IMG/VR virus record: IMGVR_UViG_3300022933_000012
Location: 1-37,909 of that record
Direction: 5' to 3' (one strand)
Source: a virus
Taxonomy: Duplodnaviria > Caudoviricetes
DNA: 37,909 bases
Under the pieces are notes generated by a model. It had not been told where the DNA came from. It searched no databases and worked only from the letters and a program-made list of their open reading frames with translations. Every line of letters starts with the position of its first letter. Position 1 is the stretch's first letter. Below are positions 1 to 6,423 of the stretch, piece by piece. A program made the position numbers and the translations under genes.

Positions 1-55
1 TGGGGGGAGTGGGGGGGGGGGGGGGGGGGGGATATTTTAAAAAAAAAAAAAAAAT
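1..55. repeat. Left terminal low-complexity G-run/TATTTT/A-run, imperfectly matching the right end
   Basis: TGGGGGGAG(G)n-ATATTTT-(A)n here; GTGGGGGGAG(G)n-TATATTTT-(A)n at 37866-37908. Homopolymer lengths differ, which suggests noisy reads through one locus (circular closure or terminal redundancy). Confidence 0.6.
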
Positions 56-150
56 ATGGACCAGTAGTCCCTAGGGGACCGACCCACGTCACACGCGGCT
101 TGTCGCCGGGCCAACCACCTACTTTATCTTTCGGCCTCCCCGGACCAATG

Positions 151-189
151 CCAGTCACAGTGTGACCGTGGATATATATTTTGGTCACG
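151..189. promoter_or_regulatory. Operator-like element, copy 1 (GTCAC-N3-GTGAC...GGTCAC)
   Basis: CCAGTCACAGTGTGACC...ATATTTTGGTCACG recurs with the same spacing at 1951-1989; it lies just upstream of the early promoter. Confidence 0.55.
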
Positions 190-222
190 CGATGACTCTC
201 CCCTATGCAACATCCAGGGTGC

Positions 223-251
223 TTGCATCTAATGCCCAATCGTGGTATAAT
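223..251 (+). promoter_or_regulatory. Early sigma70-type promoter
   Basis: TTGCAT(223-228)-17 bp-TATAAT(246-251) with extended -10 TG; the same TGGTATAATAGT occurs at 4509-4520. Confidence 0.75.
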
Positions 252-304
252 AGTATATGGGGGGAGATTTGCTCCTATCCCAACCACGATAAAGAGGAAT
301 TACC

Positions 305-910
305 ATGAAGTTACGCACTGAGTTAATATCTGAGATCCGCACCCTAGCAGTTACGTTCACCGCTGGCGACGAGTTACGTGAATGGATTGAAGATGCAACC
401 GACCAAGATATCCAAGAGGTGTTGGGTTCACGGGTTCGTACCATCGCTTCAGCAATGTCCCGCCTTGAAATATTCATGGTTGACTACGGGTATGATGCCG
501 CACTGGAAGCACAAGAGGACGAGGAGGACGAGGAAGACGAGGAAGACGAGGAAGACGAGGAAGACGGCGTTGACCCTAAGCGCATGGCCGAGAAGCTAAA
601 GAGAGCTCGCGCCCGTTACGAGCCTACAGTAGCCTACACTGGTCGCCTATCATCAAATACTGGTGACGAGCTTTCAGTATTCCTAGCTGGAATGGCCCCG
701 GTAGACGTTTGCCACTTGGCCGATTTGGTATGTATTGACGAGACTGGTCCTATCGTAATGTTCCATTGGAATAAATATATACATTTAAACCCCGGTTCAA
801 TACGCATGAATGCTGGCAATAAGATTCGTTCACGAGTTAAGGCTGGCCTAGTATCAGTGCCCCAATTACGTGATCTTTTAAATCAGTGCCCCGATTACGT
901 AATCTTTTGA
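305..910 (+). CDS. First early protein with poly-acidic (EED)n tract, function unknown
   Basis: 201 aa; RBS GAGGA upstream; EDEEDEEDEEDEEDEED tract; C-terminal YxHLNPGxxRMNAGN segment resembling a conserved phage hypothetical family. Confidence 0.8.
   Translation: MKLRTELISEIRTLAVTFTAGDELREWIEDATDQDIQEVLGSRVRTIASAMSRLEIFMVDYGYDAALEAQEDEEDEEDEEDEEDEEDGVDPKRMAEKLKRARARYEPTVAYTGRLSSNTGDELSVFLAGMAPVDVCHLADLVCIDETGPIVMFHWNKYIHLNPGSIRMNAGNKIRSRVKAGLVSVPQLRDLLNQCPDYVIF
515..565 (+). repeat. In-frame 9-bp tandem repeat (GAGGAAGAC)x4 plus degenerate units
   Basis: Perfect units at 530-565, preceded by GAGGAC and GAGGAGGAC. Confidence 0.9.
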
Positions 911-933
911 AATCCGAAATTTAATAATAGCGA

Positions 934-949
934 GGGGCCCGAAGGCCCC
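934..949 (+). terminator. GC hairpin (weak terminator or RNA processing/stability element)
   Basis: GGGGCC-CGAA-GGCCCC, intergenic, with no U-tract. Confidence 0.4.
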
Positions 950-961
950 GGGGAAATTATC

Positions 962-1159
962 ATGAGTATGAAAAAGCGTTGGGCAGCTGATGACACGCCA
1001 GACCTATTGAAGCGAGTCAAAAATGTTGATGATCCTTTAATACATGTGGCATCACAAAACGTCACTACCCGGTCTAGATTGTTAAATCTAGGTCATAGTG
1101 AGGAGACCATTGATAAGTTTATTGGGCAAGGCATATATGTGGGGGTGGACCATGAGTAA
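962..1159 (+). CDS. Small hypothetical protein
   Basis: 65 aa ORF filling the gap in a tightly packed + strand operon. Confidence 0.6.
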   Translation: MSMKKRWAADDTPDLLKRVKNVDDPLIHVASQNVTTRSRLLNLGHSEETIDKFIGQGIYVGVDHE

Positions 1160-1355
1160 CTGGATTGCTTGGACAAGCCAAAAACCCGCTGCCATGCAGG
1201 TTGTGTTAACCCACCATGACGGCCACGTTGGGGCCGACTGGGTAGATAATGAAATGTTGCGGGATGCCGAAAGTGGCGTGAAGCCCGTCACTGATTGGAT
1301 GGCAGTGCCGCCCCCACCTACCATGGTGCAACTTGAATTGGACTTTGGAGAATGA
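1152..1355 (+). CDS. DUF551-like small phage protein
   Basis: Start re-called at ATG 1152: MSNWI..QKP...VTDWMAVPPPP matches the WI..P/VTHWMPLP pattern. Confidence 0.6.
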   Translation: MSNWIAWTSQKPAAMQVVLTHHDGHVGADWVDNEMLRDAESGVKPVTDWMAVPPPPTMVQLELDFGE

Positions 1356-1358
1356 GCT

Positions 1359-1568
1359 ATGGACGTTCCACCTCTATTCTGGGTTACGTGCGGCCAAGCC
1401 ACCCGAATCCGAAGGACTCACACAAAGAAGCAAATCGAAGCCACCAAAAGGCGTCGTGCCCTTGAAAGCATGATTGAAGACCATAGGCTGGCCAAAGAAT
1501 TGGACATGCCCTTTGAGGAATTTCAGGAAAAAATTGGGGTTTGCTCCACGATAAAGAGGAAATTATGA
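1359..1568 (+). CDS. Small hypothetical protein (RRR..ED..LAKEL motif)
   Basis: 69 aa; GGAG RBS upstream; motif shared with 12793-12990. Confidence 0.6.
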   Translation: MDVPPLFWVTCGQATRIRRTHTKKQIEATKRRRALESMIEDHRLAKELDMPFEEFQEKIGVCSTIKRKL

Positions 1569-1945
1569 TGGACGCGACAGACAAACAATTAAGAAGTAGT
1601 CATCTATACCTAGCTGGTCTCCACCATATAGAAAAGGAAATAAACATGGAGGGCCTCATAACCGTTGATGGCATGTTAATCACCACTGCAGACATGGTAG
1701 ATATCATGGGCAGGGATGAACTGAATAATATTGCCTTGATGCTTTTGGCAGACCCGGACGAGGCCCTCGAAGAGGCCCGATGCTTAGTGGCCATTGCGGT
1801 ATTAGCGTTCTGTGAGGCCACCCCAATAACCGCCGTCAAATGTGCGCTGGAAAATGGGTACGTTTTGGAAGAACCCTTATTCAAGGACCGGGTGAAGCTT
1901 GGGTTATCGCCCAGCACCTTGGTCGAAAATATTGACTGCAGATAG
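1565..1945 (+). CDS. Hypothetical protein
   Basis: Start re-called at ATG 1565, after GATAAAGAGGAA and overlapping the previous stop (ATGA). Confidence 0.65.
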   Translation: MMDATDKQLRSSHLYLAGLHHIEKEINMEGLITVDGMLITTADMVDIMGRDELNNIALMLLADPDEALEEARCLVAIAVLAFCEATPITAVKCALENGYVLEEPLFKDRVKLGLSPSTLVENIDCR

Positions 1946-1950
1946 GGTCT

Positions 1951-1989
1951 CCAGTCACGGCGTGACCAAGAGGCATATTTTTGGTCACG
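1951..1989. promoter_or_regulatory. Operator-like element, copy 2
   Basis: CCAGTCACGGCGTGACC...ATATTTTTGGTCACG; contains the 9-bp inverted repeat CGTGACCAA/TTGGTCACG; intergenic. Confidence 0.55.
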
Positions 1990-2014
1990 TCCAATCTAAG
2001 ATAAAGAGAACATT

Positions 2015-2182
2015 ATGAATAAATCGCCGTATGTGGTCGAGGGCCAACCTTTTATTGAGGTGGATGTTAAATATTTTGATATTATCCAAAGGGATAGTGA
2101 ATTACTTGAACAGTTGCACTATGTCGGAGTAGAAGAATGGGACGGCTATAAAACTGCCGTTGAGCTGTATGAAAATAACTAA
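2015..2182 (+). CDS. Small phage protein not in the ORF track (55 aa)
   Basis: MNKSPYVVEGQPFIEVDVKYFDIIQRDSELLEQLHYVGVEEWDGYKTAVELYENN; preceded by GATAAAGAG; GVEEWDGY resembles the common phage GVDNWEGY motif. Confidence 0.65.
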   Translation: MNKSPYVVEGQPFIEVDVKYFDIIQRDSELLEQLHYVGVEEWDGYKTAVELYENN

Positions 2183-2192
2183 GGAGAAGGCA

Positions 2193-2507
2193 ATGAGCCT
2201 CATATTCAAACCCCGCATTCCCGAGTCATTCAGCTTTGGGGGCGGAAGAATGCAAGAATCAAAACCCAAGGTAGTTCCACCTGAAGCTAAACCCAAAGTA
2301 GTTCCGCCTAAAGCTAAAGTGTGGACCAATAAGGAAATACAGAAACTCGTGGATTTGAGAGCTATGGGTTGCTCATATAAAGATTGCGGACCACTCATGG
2401 GCAGAAGTGCAACAGGGGTGGCCACTTTTGTAGTCCATCGCGATTTATATGGCGTTATTGCCAAAAAACGTAAAGAACTTATAGCAAATATCACGGGCAG
2501 GTGTTAA
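2193..2507 (+). CDS. Putative HTH DNA-binding protein (GcrA/Myb-like N-terminal pattern)
   Basis: RBS AAGGAG before ATG 2193; WTNKEIQKLVDLRAMGCSYKDCGPLMGRS fits WT.EE..L..L...G.S...IA..LGRS; a 27-bp tandem duplication at 2262-2315 encodes KPKVVPP(E/K)A twice. Confidence 0.65.
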   Translation: MSLIFKPRIPESFSFGGGRMQESKPKVVPPEAKPKVVPPKAKVWTNKEIQKLVDLRAMGCSYKDCGPLMGRSATGVATFVVHRDLYGVIAKKRKELIANITGRC

Positions 2508-2508
2508 A

Positions 2509-2856
2509 ATGGACTACACAATGAAAGAAATACAGGAAGTATTCATCCGGGCAGAGCGACTGCGAATGTCGGCTTTATGTTTAGACATGGAAATCAACCA
2601 TATAAAGGATATGTCTACTATGTACCGCAAAACTATGTTAATGGACACGGCCAAAAGTTGGGGCAATGGGTTCTGGCCCTTCGTTGAGTTGTTAAAAATT
2701 AAGGGCTGCACCAGTGAGGAAGATTTTTATGCTGAGGCTCATTGCCTTCTCCAACAGTGTGTAGATATGTGTAAGACCAAAAATGAGAAACTAGATAAAC
2801 TTTTGAAGGAGATGGATGATGCAAACCCAAGTCAAGCTGACCCAACTGAACATTGA
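2509..2856 (+). CDS. Hypothetical protein
   Basis: 115 aa ORF abutting its neighbours. Confidence 0.6.
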   Translation: MDYTMKEIQEVFIRAERLRMSALCLDMEINHIKDMSTMYRKTMLMDTAKSWGNGFWPFVELLKIKGCTSEEDFYAEAHCLLQQCVDMCKTKNEKLDKLLKEMDDANPSQADPTEH

Positions 2857-4492
2857 GGTCCAGTGTGAGCAATTCGACCACCGGGCGAAAGAAGCCCCTG
2901 TCCGAAAGTGGGAACCTCAAGCCAGAGTTTGGCAGCTTCCCCTCACCGGGGCCACGGCCAAGTATGTATTAAAGAGTTATGCCACTAGGGAAATCTGCCC
3001 AGACGCGGCAGATAGGCTAAGAGAACTCATAGCTCAAACCAAAGTGACTGCGCCTTTTCCCGTCTGGTATAAGTTTAAGAATAAGCCCATGGACCATCAG
3101 AACGTAGCCCTTGAGAAGATGTGGGGCGAAAAGACATTTGCTCTCTTCATGGAAATGGGCACCGGGAAAACTTTTACCATCGTGAATTGGAGTGCGGCCA
3201 TGTTCATGAATAGGGATATTGAGGCCATGTTGGTAGTTTGCCCCACCTCGGTCAAGCCCGTGTGGATAGGTGAAATGGACGCCCATTGCCCAATCGAACA
3301 TTCAGTCTATGTGTTAGAGTCTGGCGGGTCAAGCAAATGTGAAAAATGGATGCAAAGCGCCCCCGGCTTGAAAGTTATGGTGGTGGGGGTGGAAGCCCTA
3401 TCTGCTGGCAGAGCCTATAGTAGTGCTATTGATTTTGTTTTAGGCCACAAAACCTTAATGGTGATAGATGAATCAAGCCGCATCAAAACTCACTCGGCCA
3501 CCCGGACTAAAAGATGTATTAAACTTGGGGAAGCTTGCCAAGCCAGAGCGATTCTCACGGGAACACCAATTACCCAAGGTATGCAAGACTTATATGCCCA
3601 ATTTGCTTTCCTAGATAAGGATATAATAGGTCAAAAGTCCTATTATGGGTTCCAAAACAGATACTGCACTATGGGCGGGTTTGAGGGCCGCAAGATCACC
3701 GGGTATAAGAACATAAACGAAGTTATGGACCTAGTGGCCCCTCACACTTACATTGTGAAAAAAGATGATGTGCTGGACCTGCCGCCCAAGGTATACGAGT
3801 CTATTGTGGTAAAACCAAGCAAAGAACAGGCCAGAATACTGAAAGACGTTGGCGATAAATTCGTCATGGGTTCCAGCTTGAATGGTCTGGACCTAGAGGT
3901 TGAAACCATATTGGAACGGATGATCAGATACCAACAAATTGTGGGGGGCATGTTCCCATACGACGAGGACGGTGGAACCCACGGCATTACACCCATTCCA
4001 GGACCTAACCCCAAACTGGATGCCATGTGCGACATGATCAAAGACCTTGATGTCAACGCCAAAGTGATAATTTGGGCCCGTTTTGTGCCCGAACAAAAAA
4101 TGATAGCTGAATATTTAGATTCAATCTTTGGGACGTGCGTGGCTTGGTATTCTGCGGGCTCCAGCACCAACGAAAGAAAGCAAATGATTGAGGATTTTCA
4201 GGACCCGTATTCTGGTTGCAGGTTTTTTCTGTCTAATCCCACTATGGGCGGCATAGGGCTGACCCTGACAGCAGCGTCATATGTAATATACTACAGTAAC
4301 AGCTTCTCACTGGAGGACCGCCTGCAGTCTGAGGACCGGGCCCACCGCAAAGGCCAAACCAAGTCTGTAACTTATATAGATATTATGATGGACCACCAGA
4401 TAGACCGGGACATCATAACAGCCATCAAAAATAAAAAGTCTGTGGCTGATTACGTGGAAAGTTCTATCATTGAAGCCCAGAACGGGAATTGA
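2816..4492 (+). CDS. SNF2-family (SF2) DNA helicase
   Basis: Motif I MEMGTGKT, motif II IDESS, motif III LTGTP, GGIGLTL, motif VI QSEDRAHRKGQ. Confidence 0.92.
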   Translation: MMQTQVKLTQLNIEVQCEQFDHRAKEAPVRKWEPQARVWQLPLTGATAKYVLKSYATREICPDAADRLRELIAQTKVTAPFPVWYKFKNKPMDHQNVALEKMWGEKTFALFMEMGTGKTFTIVNWSAAMFMNRDIEAMLVVCPTSVKPVWIGEMDAHCPIEHSVYVLESGGSSKCEKWMQSAPGLKVMVVGVEALSAGRAYSSAIDFVLGHKTLMVIDESSRIKTHSATRTKRCIKLGEACQARAILTGTPITQGMQDLYAQFAFLDKDIIGQKSYYGFQNRYCTMGGFEGRKITGYKNINEVMDLVAPHTYIVKKDDVLDLPPKVYESIVVKPSKEQARILKDVGDKFVMGSSLNGLDLEVETILERMIRYQQIVGGMFPYDEDGGTHGITPIPGPNPKLDAMCDMIKDLDVNAKVIIWARFVPEQKMIAEYLDSIFGTCVAWYSAGSSTNERKQMIEDFQDPYSGCRFFLSNPTMGGIGLTLTAASYVIYYSNSFSLEDRLQSEDRAHRKGQTKSVTYIDIMMDHQIDRDIITAIKNKKSVADYVESSIIEAQNGN

Positions 4493-4517
4493 CATATGCC
4501 CCCATATATGGTATAAT
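4489..4517 (+). promoter_or_regulatory. Perfect-consensus sigma70 promoter for the replication module
   Basis: TTGACA(4489-4494)-17 bp-TATAAT(4512-4517) with extended -10 TG, followed by GATAAAGAGGAATTA. Confidence 0.85.
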
Positions 4518-4545
4518 AGTGCACTAGAGATAAAGAGGAATTAAA

Positions 4546-4896
4546 ATGAGCGATATTGAAAATCAAAACGGCCCCCAAGTCTTCGTGACTCAGTTTGACC
4601 CAAAGTGGGATTTTTCATCCTTGGTAAAGCATGGCGAGGTCATCTTCCTTACCCAGACCGAATATCGGCCCGAACCTTCGATGCCGGGATATAATCAGGC
4701 TATTATGGCCGAAATCCTGCGCAACATGAAAGATTACCGCCCCGGCATCGACTATATTGCCCTCACTGGGTCTGCCCTGCCAAACGTAATTTCAGGGATG
4801 GCTCTTGGCAGTATTCTGCGCTATAACAGCAACGTGTCCAACAACATTTTAAAATGGAGTCGCAGAAATAACGACTACGAATTATTTGCATTGTAA
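4546..4896 (+). CDS. Conserved phage protein, possible small Rossmann/CARF-like fold
   Basis: 116 aa; strong RBS; VFVTQ...GEVIFL...DYIALTGS...LKW pattern. Confidence 0.7.
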   Translation: MSDIENQNGPQVFVTQFDPKWDFSSLVKHGEVIFLTQTEYRPEPSMPGYNQAIMAEILRNMKDYRPGIDYIALTGSALPNVISGMALGSILRYNSNVSNNILKWSRRNNDYELFAL

Positions 4897-4908
4897 GAGG
4901 AAGAGAAA

Positions 4909-5307
4909 ATGAGTATTAAATCACTAGCAGAAAAGATGGTCATTGTCAGGACCAAGCTAGAGGCGTCTAAGTCGGCAACGGCTGAGCTGCAAAAAGAATT
5001 CGATGACATCCGGAAGATACAACTGCCCGAAGCTATGGAAGCTGCAGGTATGGAGTCTACCCGGTTGCCGAATATTGGTACAATTTCAATGCGCACTGAT
5101 GCATACGCAAGTATCAGAGGTGGTCAGCAGGACGAGGCGTACGAATGGATGAAGAACAACGGATTTGGTGATCTTATCAAAGATTTTGTTCACTCATCAA
5201 CGTTGAAAGCGTTTTTAAAGGAGCAATTTCGCGAAGGCGAGCAACTCCCGGAAGACATTTTCACCTTTTCACCCTATAGCTATGCAGCTATTACTAAATC
5301 AAAATAG
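4909..5307 (+). CDS. Conserved replication-module protein with N-terminal coiled coil
   Basis: 132 aa; LPEAM...G, WMKNNGFGDLIK and VHSSTLKAF motifs typical of the gene found before phage SSB-like genes. Confidence 0.75.
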   Translation: MSIKSLAEKMVIVRTKLEASKSATAELQKEFDDIRKIQLPEAMEAAGMESTRLPNIGTISMRTDAYASIRGGQQDEAYEWMKNNGFGDLIKDFVHSSTLKAFLKEQFREGEQLPEDIFTFSPYSYAAITKSK

Positions 5308-5323
5308 AACTGAGGATTAAGAA

Positions 5324-6031
5324 ATGAACAAACAACTAAAGACCAACAGTGGTGAAGTAGCACGTCCAGCATTCATGGACCCCAGCAGCGCACGAGGCTC
5401 CGAAGGAGTAGGTATCGATGATATCACGATTCCACGCGTGGACGTACTCCAAGCACTGAGTCCCCAGCGCAAAAAGACTAATTCAGAGTACATTGAAGGA
5501 GCCGAAGAGGGTATGCTTTTCAATACCGTCACCAAGCAGTTGTACGGCTCTAACTTCACGTTTGTCCCAGTGTACTTCCGCAAAGAGTATGTCATCTGGA
5601 AGGATCGCAAAGAGGGCGGTGGTTTTGCTGGTGCATTTGCATCAGAGCAAGACGCCCAGAACGCAATCTCGGACCAAGACCTGAACCCAGAGATCCATCA
5701 AATCTCTGACACCGGGCAACATTTTGGTCTATTGGTGGATGATTATGAATCTGAGACTCCTAAAATTGAGGAAGCAGTGATTTCCATGTCCCGCTCCAAG
5801 ATGAAAGTGAGTCGCCAGCTCAACACAATGATCCGCATGGCGGGCGGCGACCGATTTGAACGAGCCTACACTGTAGCCGCAGTGGAAGCCCAGAATAACA
5901 ACGGAGAGGAATTCTTCAATATCTCAGTTAAGCAGCTGGGCTATGTTTCTGAGGCAGTGTTCAAAGCAGCTGAGGTCGTGTATACTGCGATCACGGCAGG
6001 AACCGCAGACGTTAGCCGCAAAGCTGACTAA
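5324..6031 (+). CDS. Putative single-stranded DNA-binding protein
   Basis: 235 aa; GSEGV..DDITIPRV.VLQALSPQ, GAEEGM.FNTVT and EYVIW motifs; located upstream of the polymerase. Confidence 0.6.
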   Translation: MNKQLKTNSGEVARPAFMDPSSARGSEGVGIDDITIPRVDVLQALSPQRKKTNSEYIEGAEEGMLFNTVTKQLYGSNFTFVPVYFRKEYVIWKDRKEGGGFAGAFASEQDAQNAISDQDLNPEIHQISDTGQHFGLLVDDYESETPKIEEAVISMSRSKMKVSRQLNTMIRMAGGDRFERAYTVAAVEAQNNNGEEFFNISVKQLGYVSEAVFKAAEVVYTAITAGTADVSRKAD

Positions 6032-6038
6032 ATCGAAC

Positions 6039-6054
6039 GGCCCCTCCGGGGGCC
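6039..6054 (+). terminator. GC hairpin
   Basis: GGCCCC-TCCG-GGGGCC between a stop (6031) and an RBS (6059); no U-tract; similar to 934-949. Confidence 0.4.
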
Positions 6055-6068
6055 CATTGGAGAATACC

Positions 6069-6380
6069 ATGGCGTTTGAACAAAGAGAATTGAGTGGCTC
6101 ACTGTTTCGCAACGATTATAAAAAATCGGCCAACCAGCCTGATTATCGCGGGTCGTGTAAAATGGGGGGCATTGAGTATGAAATGTCAGCTTGGATAAAG
6201 CAAACTGGCAAAGGTGACGATTTCTTCAGCATCGCGTACCAAGTGAAGGAAGAGCGGCCAACAACCAACGCTGCGCCCGCCAAAATTAAGGCACCCACCA
6301 TGGCCACGGGAAGGCCCAGCCCTCCAGAAAGGGGTAATTATCCAGAACCGTCAGACTTGGGTGATGATATACCATTTTAA
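6069..6380 (+). CDS. Small SSB-like protein (DUF736-like) with acidic DDIPF tail
   Basis: Start re-called at ATG 6069 after GGAG; GSLFRN..K....PDYRG and SAW motifs; C-terminus DLGDDIPF. Confidence 0.75.
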   Translation: MAFEQRELSGSLFRNDYKKSANQPDYRGSCKMGGIEYEMSAWIKQTGKGDDFFSIAYQVKEERPTTNAAPAKIKAPTMATGRPSPPERGNYPEPSDLGDDIPF

Positions 6381-6423
6381 CCACCCACAACAAAGAACTC
6401 CACTTTAATAAAGAGTATTTACC

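Noticed and set aside
934-949. Strong intrinsic terminators at 934-949 and 6039-6054
   Set aside because: The stems are good but have no U-tract, so they are kept only as low-confidence hairpins.
5943-6068. Upstream extensions in the ORF track (also at 1098, 1541, 2160, 11488, 13989, 15334, 16453, 31892 and 37768)
   Set aside because: They overlap neighbouring genes or promoters. Downstream ATGs have better RBS or promoter context.
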